The position numbers and the translations under genes were made by a program. From the IMG/VR virus record IMGVR_UViG_3300033143_002710: a stretch of DNA of 43,600 bases. The stretch is one strand, 5' to 3'. Source of the stretch: a virus (taxonomy: Duplodnaviria > Heunggongvirae > Uroviricota > Caudoviricetes). Below, piece after piece: positions 24,545 through 34,237 of the stretch; the stretch's first letter is position 1; every line of letters starts with the position of its first letter. The notes beneath the pieces were generated by a model, which ran no database searches, was not told the DNA's origin, and worked only from the letters and a program-made list of their open reading frames with translations.

Positions 24545-25093
24545 TTATAGCAAGTTTCTAATGACCTCCCATTCAGGGGTTACAAGTCCGGCATGGATAA
24601 CACCACATGCGTCGGCCAGATGCTCGTTAGCGTTCATGATGCGACCGACAGTGCTTCTCTGCCAGGGTGCATCGGGGTATAAACCTACAGCCCACTCGAT
24701 CATCTCGCCTTTGGTGGCTGTACGAACGCCTACGCTTTGCAACTTGGTTTGCTGCGGTGTAACCTCGATTGGCTTCGGCTGCATCGTGGCCATAATACCT
24801 AACGTGATGCCTAACGCAAACGAGGCTCTGGAAGACTGAGTTCCGGACGGTATTTCCGCAAAAACAACCTTTGGATCGTATTCATGAACGACCCTTCTGA
24901 TTGTCGCTGATATTACACTCGCAGCCTCAAAGTCAGCACTGGACTTTCGCTGGCTCTTTGGGCCTGGTTGGGTTCGAGCAAGAACGAGATTTATAATTCG
25001 CTCGATCTTGTTTTCTTCCGTATCGACAAATGCGACCGCGATACCCGTGTTTCTTAAAGACGGGTCAATACCCATCACTGTTACTATGCCCAT
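24545..25093 (-). CDS. ruvC: Holliday junction resolvase
   Basis: MGIDPSLRNTG, FAEIP, ATKGEM, EHLADA. Confidence 0.9.
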   Translation of the reverse strand: MGIVTVMGIDPSLRNTGIAVAFVDTEENKIERIINLVLARTQPGPKSQRKSSADFEAASVISATIRRVVHEYDPKVVFAEIPSGTQSSRASFALGITLGIMATMQPKPIEVTPQQTKLQSVGVRTATKGEMIEWAVGLYPDAPWQRSTVGRIMNANEHLADACGVIHAGLVTPEWEVIRNLL

Positions 25094-26139
25094 GATCCAA
25101 AACTCTCCCCGTAAGCCTCTGACTTACGTTCAATGTCTTTCTTTAATTGTGCGGCGATTGCCAGTCTCGTTCTTTCCTTTGCTTCATTCGCTGCCGTCAC
25201 TATGTTCGACTTGCCTGCGAATTCCAAAAGTTCGTCAATTATCACCTTTCTGTTTGCTGGATTTGATTCGTTTCCTTCCAATATAGCGGACACCATCTTT
25301 TTACCAAAGGCTTTGATCGTTGTGTCGACCATCATCTCCTCATCAAGACCAACGATATTGCCCGTAGTCCATTTGATGCAGATACCGTCTCTCTTGCCTA
25401 TGACGACGCTATGGTAGTGAAGAATCTCACCGCCCAATGCGGATACGCTCTTCCACTTGCCCGATTCAACACTTTGTGCTGCCAGGGTCATTGGCTCTAT
25501 GACTTGCCAATCTTTACCGCGAGCCTGAAAGAATTCATCGAACAGCGGAATGATCAACGCCTCTACCGCCATTGCCATATCTTTATTGTCAGGATAGAGA
25601 GCATCGTTTAGCGTGGTGTTACCTTCAATTTGTTCCGTGGTTGAAAATAGAATATTACCAAACATTTCGCCACTGTAATTGGCCTTACGCGAGTCGGTTC
25701 GCGCTTTCTTTTTCTTCGGTATTTTTTTCTTTCGTGCCATATCGCCCTCGTCTAATAACTCCATCGCCTTTCTTAATTTATCTGCCGTCAGCGTTGTCGT
25801 CTCTTCCGTTTTTTCAGATAATGCAGCGAAGCTTCCTTCCAAAGTCTCTACTGAATGCTTCTCCTTTGTCTTCGCGTATTCGCTAACTAGATCGGCCTTC
25901 CAAGTATCTTTATCAACCTCCGATATCTCATCAAAAACTACAAAATCAATCTCGCGACCGTTAAATTTTGGTTCAACTGGCACTATTATATCTGAACCAC
26001 TTCTTGCCTTGTAGTCCCAATGTCTATCAACCTCTTTTGGCCCCCTACTTAAACTTGCGATCATAGGCATTGGCTTCATCATTCTATCGACAAAATCTTT
26101 TGAAGATTTTAACCGATCAAAAGCGGGCGAATTAGACAC
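25084..26139 (-). CDS. hypothetical protein (351 aa)
   Basis: Long ORF; ends YGESFGSWA. Confidence 0.75.
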   Translation of the reverse strand: MSNSPAFDRLKSSKDFVDRMMKPMPMIASLSRGPKEVDRHWDYKARSGSDIIVPVEPKFNGREIDFVVFDEISEVDKDTWKADLVSEYAKTKEKHSVETLEGSFAALSEKTEETTTLTADKLRKAMELLDEGDMARKKKIPKKKKARTDSRKANYSGEMFGNILFSTTEQIEGNTTLNDALYPDNKDMAMAVEALIIPLFDEFFQARGKDWQVIEPMTLAAQSVESGKWKSVSALGGEILHYHSVVIGKRDGICIKWTTGNIVGLDEEMMVDTTIKAFGKKMVSAILEGNESNPANRKVIIDELLEFAGKSNIVTAANEAKERTRLAIAAQLKKDIERKSEAYGESFGSWA

Positions 26140-28072
26140 TAAGTGCGCCAGATATTGTAGCTACCCCACCCTCCTTTCTGACTAGAGCAACTTCACGAAT
26201 CCAATCACTGAGGCTTCTGTGGCTGATCACCAAGACCGTTCCACGTTCGCGAGCCTTCTCTTCCAGCAGACCCATTAAGCGTTCCAGTCCTGCATCGTCC
26301 AGGGCGTCGTCGATCTCGTCTGCCATGAACAACTCGATAGGCTTGGTTGCTCGACCAGACACAACGTCCTGCAATGCCATCGCACATGACAGTCTGACCT
26401 TTCTCTTCTCGCCGCCAGACAGCAGTCCAAATTTCTTGCCGCCAGTCATGTTGGTTACCTGGATGCTGAACTTCTCTCGCATCTCGCCCTTCTTGGTGAA
26501 CGATAGCGTTGACCACTCAGCAGATAGATTACCGTCTGACATTGCAGATAGATAGTGAGCCGTTCTTGAATTCAGAAACGGCGTAACATGATCCAGAATG
26601 TGAGCGCGAACACCCGCTGGCGAGTAGACCTCCATCGTTGCAATTGCGGTTCTGACTATATCGACTTGTTCACCTAATTCTTTCTGGGCCACCTTTTGAT
26701 TCGCCTTTGCCTTCTTCAAATTCGCATTGACAACCTCCAGATGGGCGTCGTATGGATTGTCTATGGAAGTGGCCTCCGCTACATGATTAGCCGCAACCTC
26801 CCACGCATTCTCGAAGCCCTTCGCTTCGGCTCGAACCGTTTCTATCTTCGCAAGAACAAGGTTGCACTTGTTCAGACGGTCACTCGTCTCAGTGTAGTCT
26901 GGCATGGCCTTTTCATATTCGTCCGCTCGACCCGCGCACAGTTCAAGAACGTCTTGCTCCTTTTCCCATAATTTACTGGCGGTTGCAAGATTCTTGTTCA
27001 TTTGCACCACTACCATTTCAGCGCCTTTCTTAACCGTTTCCAGATCGATCTCTTCGATTGGCTTGCCACATTCCGAACAGTCAGTTCCTATCCGACCAGA
27101 TATTCCGGCCAGCTTCTTTTCACTCTCTGTGACCGCTCTCTGTGACTGCTCGAACTTACTTTGAGCGAGCCTGGTTGTCGTTGACTGTTCATGCTCCGTG
27201 TCGCGAAGATCGCTTAATACGGAGTCACAACCTGTTTTTTCCTCAAGTACGGTTTTGTGATTGGCGATGGAGGCGTTAATCTTTGGAATGTTTGTCTCCG
27301 CCTTGGCCAACTTCTCGTCGGCGGTCTTCTTGCTAATCAAAGAGGATTCCTCGAGTGCTTTGGCCGCTGCTACTTTTTCTGCATTCTCGCGATCCCACTC
27401 TACGATCCTAAGCTTCACCTCTTCAACGTCTGACTTAGCCTGCTCAGTTGCGTTAATCGTTTGCGTGAATTCGGCGTCAAGCCTATCGAGAAGCTTCTCC
27501 TTTTCGTTTTTCTCGAATAGCGCGATCTTGTAGCAATCCTCGAGGACGCTGATGCCAGCGGCTTGCTCGATCAGATTCTTGATCTGCTTGTCGGTCATGT
27601 TTGGCATGTCTGGGATGCATTCCTGGCCCTGGTAGATGGCGGCGTTGAACACATCGACATCACAGCCTACGATCTGATTGATTCTGAGTTGCGTTTCCTT
27701 GTCGCTACCCAAGGTTAAATCCACCGTTGCTGTTTCACTAACCTTCTCAAGAATCACATGGTTTTTGTATTTCTTGTCCTTGCGATATCTGGAAACGCGG
27801 TAAATAGAGTCGTCGTCTATTAATTCAGTAACGACGCTTGCCGTTTTACGAGTGGTGTTAATGATGTCATCGCCAGACTCTCCTCTTGCTGTGACACCGT
27901 ACAGACACCACGACAGCGCGTCAGGTATCGTTGACTTACCAGAGCCATTCGACTTCGCGGAAGCGTCGTCGAGATTTTCTCCCTGTATAAGAACGAGTCC
28001 GCGATCTGTTAGCCCCAATACCGCAGAACCAATTGCCATAAAGCCCTCTATATTTACGTTTCCGATTTTCAT
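26132..28072 (-). CDS. sbcC: SbcC/gp46-like SMC ATPase
   Basis: NGSGKST, coiled coil with CSEC zinc hook, LSGGE signature, MADE Walker B, ISH. Confidence 0.92.
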   Translation of the reverse strand: MKIGNVNIEGFMAIGSAVLGLTDRGLVLIQGENLDDASAKSNGSGKSTIPDALSWCLYGVTARGESGDDIINTTRKTASVVTELIDDDSIYRVSRYRKDKKYKNHVILEKVSETATVDLTLGSDKETQLRINQIVGCDVDVFNAAIYQGQECIPDMPNMTDKQIKNLIEQAAGISVLEDCYKIALFEKNEKEKLLDRLDAEFTQTINATEQAKSDVEEVKLRIVEWDRENAEKVAAAKALEESSLISKKTADEKLAKAETNIPKINASIANHKTVLEEKTGCDSVLSDLRDTEHEQSTTTRLAQSKFEQSQRAVTESEKKLAGISGRIGTDCSECGKPIEEIDLETVKKGAEMVVVQMNKNLATASKLWEKEQDVLELCAGRADEYEKAMPDYTETSDRLNKCNLVLAKIETVRAEAKGFENAWEVAANHVAEATSIDNPYDAHLEVVNANLKKAKANQKVAQKELGEQVDIVRTAIATMEVYSPAGVRAHILDHVTPFLNSRTAHYLSAMSDGNLSAEWSTLSFTKKGEMREKFSIQVTNMTGGKKFGLLSGGEKRKVRLSCAMALQDVVSGRATKPIELFMADEIDDALDDAGLERLMGLLEEKARERGTVLVISHRSLSDWIREVALVRKEGGVATISGALSV

Positions 28073-29127
28073 TCCTTTCGTGCCTCCTCAAGAATTCTTA
28101 CGCACTCGGCGGCTACATGCTTGCTGTGTTTCTCCACCGCAAACTTCGCTATCGAATCATCCAAACTATCCACGGCAGAGACGGTCTCGCCACCGTCTCT
28201 TGTTGATTCTTTCTTGTTGACCAGGGTTCTAACCGTCACACCAGCAGCACCGAAACTCATGACGTACTCGCGCAAGGCGATGATCTTCTCTGGCGTAGGG
28301 TCTTCGATGTCTGCTCGAATGAAGTGACCGTCACACTCAATCATATCCTCTGGGTCGTAAACGACTGGCAAAGCAACGAACTGAGGTTGCTTGCTTGCGT
28401 GGAACTCAACTCTATCATCATACACAAGGCACCAGCCAGCCTGGGTGCCTGGGTCGTTCCATGTTTGATGTCCTGTAGCACCGATAGACTGAACGCGGTC
28501 GGATAGTTGCTTATGACTGTGGTAGTGGCCTGCGAACACTCGATTGAAATTCATACCTTCAAATTCAGAGGCATTCAGTCCAACGTTAGGAATGTTAATC
28601 AGGACATCATTCATTGGCGCGTGGATAATCAAATCCGTAGGAACATCTGGTGATTGACCATCGCTCAAAGCCTTAATTTCCTTGCGTAACTCGCCCAGAT
28701 CGGATCGCCACGGAATCATATAGATTTTTGGATTATCCGACACCTGACAGGCTTTGTTGATTGCCAGTGTCGTATCTGACTGAATCACAGATACGGCGCT
28801 CGTTAGTGGGTCTGCATCGCTACCTTCAAGATCGTGGTTGCCAGACAGTATTACCGTCTCGATGTCGAGACCGTCTTGCTTGCGAAAAAAGTCGCGAACA
28901 GGATTTGTGACGCTGGGTGCCAATTTACCGCGAACATGAAACAGGTCGCCAGCACAAACTGCCAGGTTGCCACCCGCTTTTCTCAGCGCATCATAGGCTC
29001 GATCAAGCTCATCAATTTGATATTGCAGTCGAGAGTTTATACCCTCCTCGTTTATGTACGAGAAGGCATTCCAATTGTGAAAGTGTACGTCACTGAATAG
29101 AAGGTATGGTGGTTTGGATTCTGGCAT
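28069..29127 (-). CDS. sbcD: SbcD/Mre11/gp47-like nuclease
   Basis: SDVH, GDLFH, GNHD, GHYH. Confidence 0.92.
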   Translation of the reverse strand: MPESKPPYLLFSDVHFHNWNAFSYINEEGINSRLQYQIDELDRAYDALRKAGGNLAVCAGDLFHVRGKLAPSVTNPVRDFFRKQDGLDIETVILSGNHDLEGSDADPLTSAVSVIQSDTTLAINKACQVSDNPKIYMIPWRSDLGELRKEIKALSDGQSPDVPTDLIIHAPMNDVLINIPNVGLNASEFEGMNFNRVFAGHYHSHKQLSDRVQSIGATGHQTWNDPGTQAGWCLVYDDRVEFHASKQPQFVALPVVYDPEDMIECDGHFIRADIEDPTPEKIIALREYVMSFGAAGVTVRTLVNKKESTRDGGETVSAVDSLDDSIAKFAVEKHSKHVAAECVRILEEARKE

Positions 29128-29184
29128 TTTAGCCTCCGCTGTCTTGTCTCTTGTGTGATTATATCAGAGTGCGATCACTATGGT

Positions 29185-29793
29185 TTAGGAGATACGCTCC
29201 AAATTAATGACGGTGCAAATGGAATTCTTTCTGTGTTCCAAGATGTGACCGTAAGCCTGTCTCATAGCCTCTTCCATCTTACCCGATGCTGTTTCTTGAT
29301 CAACACCAAGAAACAGGTGGTTTTTGTAGGCGTGGTCATAACACATCTCGCTCATGTCGCCGTTGTAAGTCGCTGTGACTACCGCTTTGCCAAATATCTT
29401 CTTTTTACCGGCATCATACAGGGCGCAGATGATTCCAGGAGATACTCTGTTGTACCATGTCGAGCCGAGTCTGAACGTGTTGAACTCGTCTTTGAACCCG
29501 TCTTCCATTTTCTTGGTAAGGCGAAACGTAAGTATCGGCTGGTACGTGTCGCAGGTTCTTACGAGTATGCCAACACCTTTCTTTTCGTAGCGAAGAAAGG
29601 CACTGTGCTTGATGCACTTTGGAAGTGAGTCGTGAGGGTCACGCCACCCGCAGAAATTGCAGAGCAAGTTATCCTTTTCCTGCTCTGCTGCGGTTTCCAA
29701 GGTGAACCTCAGTCCCTTCTCACCCGGCACCCTCTTAAGTCGGCGCATGTTGATGTTGATGTCTTTAGGTGCTTTACTCACCTGGCGATTCAC
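29185..29793 (-). CDS. CxxC + putative ASCH/PUA-like protein
   Basis: CNFC...C...C then FNTFRLG...FGKAVV pattern; fold call tentative. Confidence 0.45.
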   Translation of the reverse strand: MNRQVSKAPKDININMRRLKRVPGEKGLRFTLETAAEQEKDNLLCNFCGWRDPHDSLPKCIKHSAFLRYEKKGVGILVRTCDTYQPILTFRLTKKMEDGFKDEFNTFRLGSTWYNRVSPGIICALYDAGKKKIFGKAVVTATYNGDMSEMCYDHAYKNHLFLGVDQETASGKMEEAMRQAYGHILEHRKNSICTVINLERIS

Positions 29794-30799
29794 TCGCGAT
29801 CAGGGCGGCAGTCAGGTATTCTGGAGTAAGTTCTTCACGCCAGTCCTTCTTGTACTTACTCTTTCCGTCGAACTTGATCCAAGCACCAGCCTTTTCCATG
29901 ATGCCAACAGAACAGGCTTCTTCGATCAGCCCACCCATGATGTCGAAATGACCCGACCCATCTGGATTGAATTTGAACTGCCAACCAGCCTGTTGAAATG
30001 GCGCGGTAAGTTTCGTCTTGATGACCTGTGCGAAGACGTTTGACCCAAGATCAGGTCTGGCCTTGCCATCTGGCTTATCTCCCTCTCGCATTGTGTTCGC
30101 TCGTAACTTGATACGAACATCGGCGTAGAATGCCGGAGCTTTGCCGCCAGGTGTTCGAGTGTTGTCGCCCATCGTCTGGCCTGGGTTCTCCCGAATCTGG
30201 TTCAGAACCATCGCACAAATATTGTCCTTTTCACAGCGAATCTTGAGTACGGGGAACGTAGTGCTTGTCGCCTTTGCAAGTGCAAGTGAATCGGCCATCG
30301 TCATCATGTCCAACTCTTTGGACATCTTCGATTGCGGCACCATTGCTGCCAGACTATCGAATACACAGATGATGGGCTTATCTTCTGGTATGAGACCCTT
30401 GTCACGAACCTGTCTTGCCGTATTCAAGGCTATCATAAATGATTCTTCGAGCGTGTCCGGTTTGAGATGCACGAAGCGACCTGAATCTACGTCAAGACCG
30501 ATGCCGTCTCGAGCCAGGCCAATGTCAAAGCTCCGCTCGTGATCGTGGAACATGGCAAAGCCGCCTTCATCGACGGCAGCTTTCATAGCCAACGTTGCGA
30601 GTGCCGTCTTACCACACATAGACGGGCCAAATATCTCGATGATGCGACCCTGCGGATAGCCATTAGGATATGACCCTGATATTCGTTTGTTTAGAGGAGC
30701 ATAGCCACTGTCGATGAATCGAGTGACTTCAAATTCAGCAGATGCTGTTGCTCCGAGTACGCCTGAGAGTTCTTCCAAAATTGATTTCGCTTTAGACAT
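29774..30799 (-). CDS. recA: RecA/UvsX-like recombinase
   Basis: GRIIEIFGPSMCGKT, VFDSLAAM, NQIR, TPGGKAPAFYADVRI. Confidence 0.93.
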   Translation of the reverse strand: MSKAKSILEELSGVLGATASAEFEVTRFIDSGYAPLNKRISGSYPNGYPQGRIIEIFGPSMCGKTALATLAMKAAVDEGGFAMFHDHERSFDIGLARDGIGLDVDSGRFVHLKPDTLEESFMIALNTARQVRDKGLIPEDKPIICVFDSLAAMVPQSKMSKELDMMTMADSLALAKATSTTFPVLKIRCEKDNICAMVLNQIRENPGQTMGDNTRTPGGKAPAFYADVRIKLRANTMREGDKPDGKARPDLGSNVFAQVIKTKLTAPFQQAGWQFKFNPDGSGHFDIMGGLIEEACSVGIMEKAGAWIKFDGKSKYKKDWREELTPEYLTAALIASESPGE

Positions 30800-30825
30800 G
30801 GCCGTTCCTAATATGTGATGTGGAT

Positions 30826-30853
30826 ATTATAGATCGAAAATTGACGCCTAGAA
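30826..30853 (-). promoter_or_regulatory. candidate recA promoter
   Basis: TTCTAG(G)-N16-TATAAT. Confidence 0.55.
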
Positions 30854-31738
30854 TCTGTCGAAAGGCACAAGCCAATCATCAATCTTAGCGGTGATTGAAA
30901 AGAAGGCCAGTTCATGACACAGCTTCTCAAAGGAGTCCGGACTCCAATTGCCTTTGGTAATGATGCGATCTTTGATTGTTGGATGCTTACCGTTCAAGTT
31001 CATAAGGAGCATGTTCGTTTCGTACTTTGTCGGATCATCATACAGTCGTCGCCACGCTGCTTTCATTTTTGATTCTGGGTCTGCTTCAAGCAGGAAATTT
31101 GGCACACTGCCCCACTCGGTCAACAACTCTTTCGCACCCTTTGCTCCGATACCACCAACACCTTTGATGTTGTCGGAAGTATCGCCAACCAGACACTTCT
31201 CGTCCAGAAATTGCTCGACGTTCGGATAGTCTGTGAAGCTCTCGAAGGTCATGATGTCAACTTGACGGTCACGAACTGGATCATTCCAGGTCACGCTTGG
31301 TGTGACTAATTGCAGCCAATCCTTATCGCCCGTTACCAACTCAACCAAATGACCGCCAGATTCCAGAAGTCTCGCGTAAGCGCCTGCGAGATCGTCTGCC
31401 TCACACGTTGGCGAAACCATCTGATCGATGCCGAGATTTGTGATGGCCTGTCTTATGAATGGCACCTGGGTGCTGTACTCATCTTTGACGGCAATCTTCT
31501 TTGGGTCGCTGCGTCTATTTGCTTTGTACTCTGGACACAATTCTTTGCGCCATGCTGCATTACCATCCCACAGAACGATAGGAATGCGTTCGTTGCTGTT
31601 GGGCATAGCTACTTTGCGAAGAGCCAGTAGAAAGCCATAGATTGCGTGTGTGGCTTGGTCACCTGTACTGAGTCTGGTCATACCCAATTGCTGAGCATAA
31701 CCTATGGCGTTGCCATCTATAAGGATGAATTGCTTCAC
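30848..31738 (-). CDS. 5'-3' exonuclease / flap endonuclease
   Basis: LIDGN, EADD, TGDKD, GDTSDNIKGVGGIG. Confidence 0.93.
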   Translation of the reverse strand: MKQFILIDGNAIGYAQQLGMTRLSTGDQATHAIYGFLLALRKVAMPNSNERIPIVLWDGNAAWRKELCPEYKANRRSDPKKIAVKDEYSTQVPFIRQAITNLGIDQMVSPTCEADDLAGAYARLLESGGHLVELVTGDKDWLQLVTPSVTWNDPVRDRQVDIMTFESFTDYPNVEQFLDEKCLVGDTSDNIKGVGGIGAKGAKELLTEWGSVPNFLLEADPESKMKAAWRRLYDDPTKYETNMLLMNLNGKHPTIKDRIITKGNWSPDSFEKLCHELAFFSITAKIDDWLVPFDRF

Positions 31739-31899
31739 GACTTAAATGCTATGTTGTTTACGGTAAGAAGCGTGTTGTTCTCAGCTACTTCAACGGAGTG
31801 CTTTATATCAGGCTTCTCTCCACGCATCTGCCGAAAATCCAACTCACGTTGCAGGTGCATTACGAACAAACTTTCTCTCAAACTTTTTGTCACTTTCAT
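31735..31899 (-). CDS. small hypothetical protein (54 aa)
   Basis: TAATG/ATGA coupling. Confidence 0.55.
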   Translation of the reverse strand: MKVTKSLRESLFVMHLQRELDFRQMRGEKPDIKHSVEVAENNTLLTVNNIAFKS

Positions 31900-32189
31900 T
31901 AGATCATCACCTTTATGTTTTGTGGAATCAGTTTTGGTCGAGTGTATTTCCAGGCCAATATAGCCCACACTAGATTGCATACCGACATTGCTAGGCCACC
32001 CCAAAAACTCCATACGTGATCGTAGTAGCCGTAAAAATATATATTCCACAGACCCCACGACAGGAAGAAAAACTTGGCTGGCCAATAGACGCCCTTCACT
32101 TCTTTGTCTTTGATCAGCATTTTGATGTCCATGCCGAGAGCTATTGACCCTGCGAACTCAAACAAGCCGTTTACTAAATCAGGATTCAT
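31899..32189 (-). CDS. PQ-loop/SemiSWEET-like 3-TM membrane protein
   Basis: TM1-KDKEVKGV-TM2-TM3 layout, WGLWN. Confidence 0.6.
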   Translation of the reverse strand: MNPDLVNGLFEFAGSIALGMDIKMLIKDKEVKGVYWPAKFFFLSWGLWNIYFYGYYDHVWSFWGGLAMSVCNLVWAILAWKYTRPKLIPQNIKVMI

Positions 32190-32758
32190 CTGGCAGACCC
32201 TGTACGAGTACAGTCGCAGCGGTGAATGATGTACGTATCGAAGTCGCCATACGGAACATGCCACTCGCCAAATCCCCCGCATCTAACGCAGCCTCTTTTT
32301 GCAAGACTTTGGTAACTAAAAGAGATTCCACTCTCGTTACCAGAAGGAGCGTATTTACCGTCGTAGTCGTCTGCGTTTCGTTCGGCAATTATCTCTTTTT
32401 CTATTCTCAAAAACGAACGATCATCTTGCCTGATTTTGGACTCAAGAATTTTTCTCTTTCGATCCATCTTTATATACAGCCGTCTCCAAAATTTCGTCGC
32501 GCTTTGAAGATCATTAATTATCTCGAGCCTGTCACCCATAATCTTGATCAGGACACTCATTGCATCCTCGTGAGCGATGGAGTCTTTCAATCTAGCGGCA
32601 TTCAGATTTTCAATCTCGATTGCCTTCTTGACGTTATCGGCAACGGTCCAGTCAATGCGCTTTGACTGCATCTCGTTATCCTTCTTCAATTGACTAATCT
32701 CAATCGACAAATACAATTTTTCGGCAATAAATTCAATTAGTTGTTTAGACATTACCAT
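32186..32758 (-). CDS. coiled-coil protein with C-terminal CxxC/HxC
   Basis: ORF. Confidence 0.65.
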   Translation of the reverse strand: MVMSKQLIEFIAEKLYLSIEISQLKKDNEMQSKRIDWTVADNVKKAIEIENLNAARLKDSIAHEDAMSVLIKIMGDRLEIINDLQSATKFWRRLYIKMDRKRKILESKIRQDDRSFLRIEKEIIAERNADDYDGKYAPSGNESGISFSYQSLAKRGCVRCGGFGEWHVPYGDFDTYIIHRCDCTRTGSAR

Positions 32759-33117
32759 AAGTCCTCAGAATGCAGAGCCGTCAACGACAGCATCTGGTGG
32801 TCAGACACAATGATCTGTTTATTCTGTCGAGCCAGAATCATAGCCTCTTCGCGATTGTAGAATCTACCGAATTGATCTACAAAGCCTTGCTCTATTTCAG
32901 TCCCAAACATTGGCTGCGGTCGACCCTGGAAAAATCTTACTGCCTTATCCCAGAGCTTTTTGCTGTGTGCTTTCTCGCCGTATATTGCCTGGAACTGCTT
33001 TCGCATTTGAGTGTCCCAATGCCGAATGCCTAATAAAAGACGGCCATTCGGCAATTGGTTTGCGGAACACACAATCACTGGCTTAGTTGTAGGCTCCCAA
33101 GAGTCGTCGGCTTCCAT
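32752..33117 (-). CDS. conserved phage hypothetical protein
   Basis: IVCSAN...QGFVDQFGRFYNREEA...SEDLW. Confidence 0.75.
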   Translation of the reverse strand: MEADDSWEPTTKPVIVCSANQLPNGRLLLGIRHWDTQMRKQFQAIYGEKAHSKKLWDKAVRFFQGRPQPMFGTEIEQGFVDQFGRFYNREEAMILARQNKQIIVSDHQMLSLTALHSEDLW

Positions 33118-33365
33118 CAGTATCTTACCGCAAAGTATTGATCGAGAACTTTCTGTCGTTTCGCACCTTTCAGCGCCTTCTTCCCTTTGACAGCAAGCAT
33201 CGCTCTCAAATCTCCTCGAGCCTTCATAAAGGCCCTACTCTTGACGACGTAGTTCATCCACATCATGAAAACCTGTGTGACACCCTTCTTTTTCGTTTCG
33301 ACCATGACTCTGTTTTGCTTCCAGCCGTGGTGTCTGCCCTTATAATTATTGATTCTTTTGCTCAT
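33117..33365 (-). CDS. small basic protein
   Basis: AGGAG SD; TGATG coupling. Confidence 0.6.
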   Translation of the reverse strand: MSKRINNYKGRHHGWKQNRVMVETKKKGVTQVFMMWMNYVVKSRAFMKARGDLRAMLAVKGKKALKGAKRQKVLDQYFAVRY

Positions 33366-33498
33366 TTCTCAGGCTCCTTTTGCTAACTTGCTTTCTCGCT
33401 ATGGCGTCACGAGTGCGCCTCTCTTTTCTGTTGATAGCTACGGGTATTCCATTTGGCTCAGAAAACAGCCTTAAGAATTTAGTCCATAGCTTTTTCAT
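33346..33498 (-). CDS. small basic protein (50 aa, not in ORF track)
   Basis: MKKLWTKFLRLF...; ATGA coupling. Confidence 0.5.
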   Translation of the reverse strand: MKKLWTKFLRLFSEPNGIPVAINRKERRTRDAIARKQVSKRSLRNEQKNQ

Positions 33499-33800
33499 TC
33501 TTCCTTTCTCTCGACCAGATTGGTCTTGCCAGTGCCGTTCATCTCCACATCGAAGGTGATCTCTTCGTCGTCATCAAGAATGTGGCCGGGAATGTCGATA
33601 TCCAAACCCTCTATACTTTCCAGAGAGATTACCGCTTCGTAATCCTCTTTTGTCAGCAGATTGCTGCCGCACTCTGGGCAAGGCTTATCGACGTACTCAG
33701 GATAGTTATCACGGTTCACACTGTCATCGCGATAATCACACTTTGGATTGTCGCACTTGATGCCTGAAATATGGATCGCCATTAGATTTACCTTGGTCAT
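33495..33800 (-). CDS. Zn-finger hypothetical protein
   Basis: CDNPKC...CPECG. Confidence 0.7.
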   Translation of the reverse strand: MTKVNLMAIHISGIKCDNPKCDYRDDSVNRDNYPEYVDKPCPECGSNLLTKEDYEAVISLESIEGLDIDIPGHILDDDEEITFDVEMNGTGKTNLVERKEE

Positions 33801-34237
33801 ACTTTTTGCCCATCCTCGATTGTGTATTGATGCGGAGTTTCATCCCCATACAAATCCTGGAGATGCTTAACATGCACCGCAAGACTGTCCAACAGTGCGG
33901 ACACTGGTGCGCGGGGCGGTCGATCATCGTTTAACTTGCCGACCAGATTAGCGTCAAGGATTATGGCGCAGCAAGCCATTACGGATGCAAGATGGGGAAC
34001 TTTCGTAACTAAATCTACGTCCTCCCCGTTCTTGTACTTCTCCATGTGCCGTTCCATCGCATCCAGATAAATGCTTGCCCGTACCCCGGCGATGCGCCAA
34101 TTGTACTTGCCGTATTTCAGTGCGCCCTCAAGAAAGCCCATCGCAAGATACGCCTTCGCTGAACCAGGCGTCAGATGCAATGGAACTTTCGTGACACCAA
34201 TGGCATCCTTTGGATTGGTCATCTTCTTTCCGCTCAC
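33797..34237 (-). CDS. dATP/dGTP diphosphohydrolase (DUF5664-like)
   Basis: NPKDAIGVTKVPL, GALKYGKYNWR, HLASVMAC. Confidence 0.85.
   Translation of the reverse strand: MSGKKMTNPKDAIGVTKVPLHLTPGSAKAYLAMGFLEGALKYGKYNWRIAGVRASIYLDAMERHMEKYKNGEDVDLVTKVPHLASVMACCAIILDANLVGKLNDDRPPRAPVSALLDSLAVHVKHLQDLYGDETPHQYTIEDGQKV

Noticed and set aside
25925-25965. Walker-B-like GREIDFVVFDE in ORF 25084-26139
   Set aside because: No Walker A or other ATPase motif
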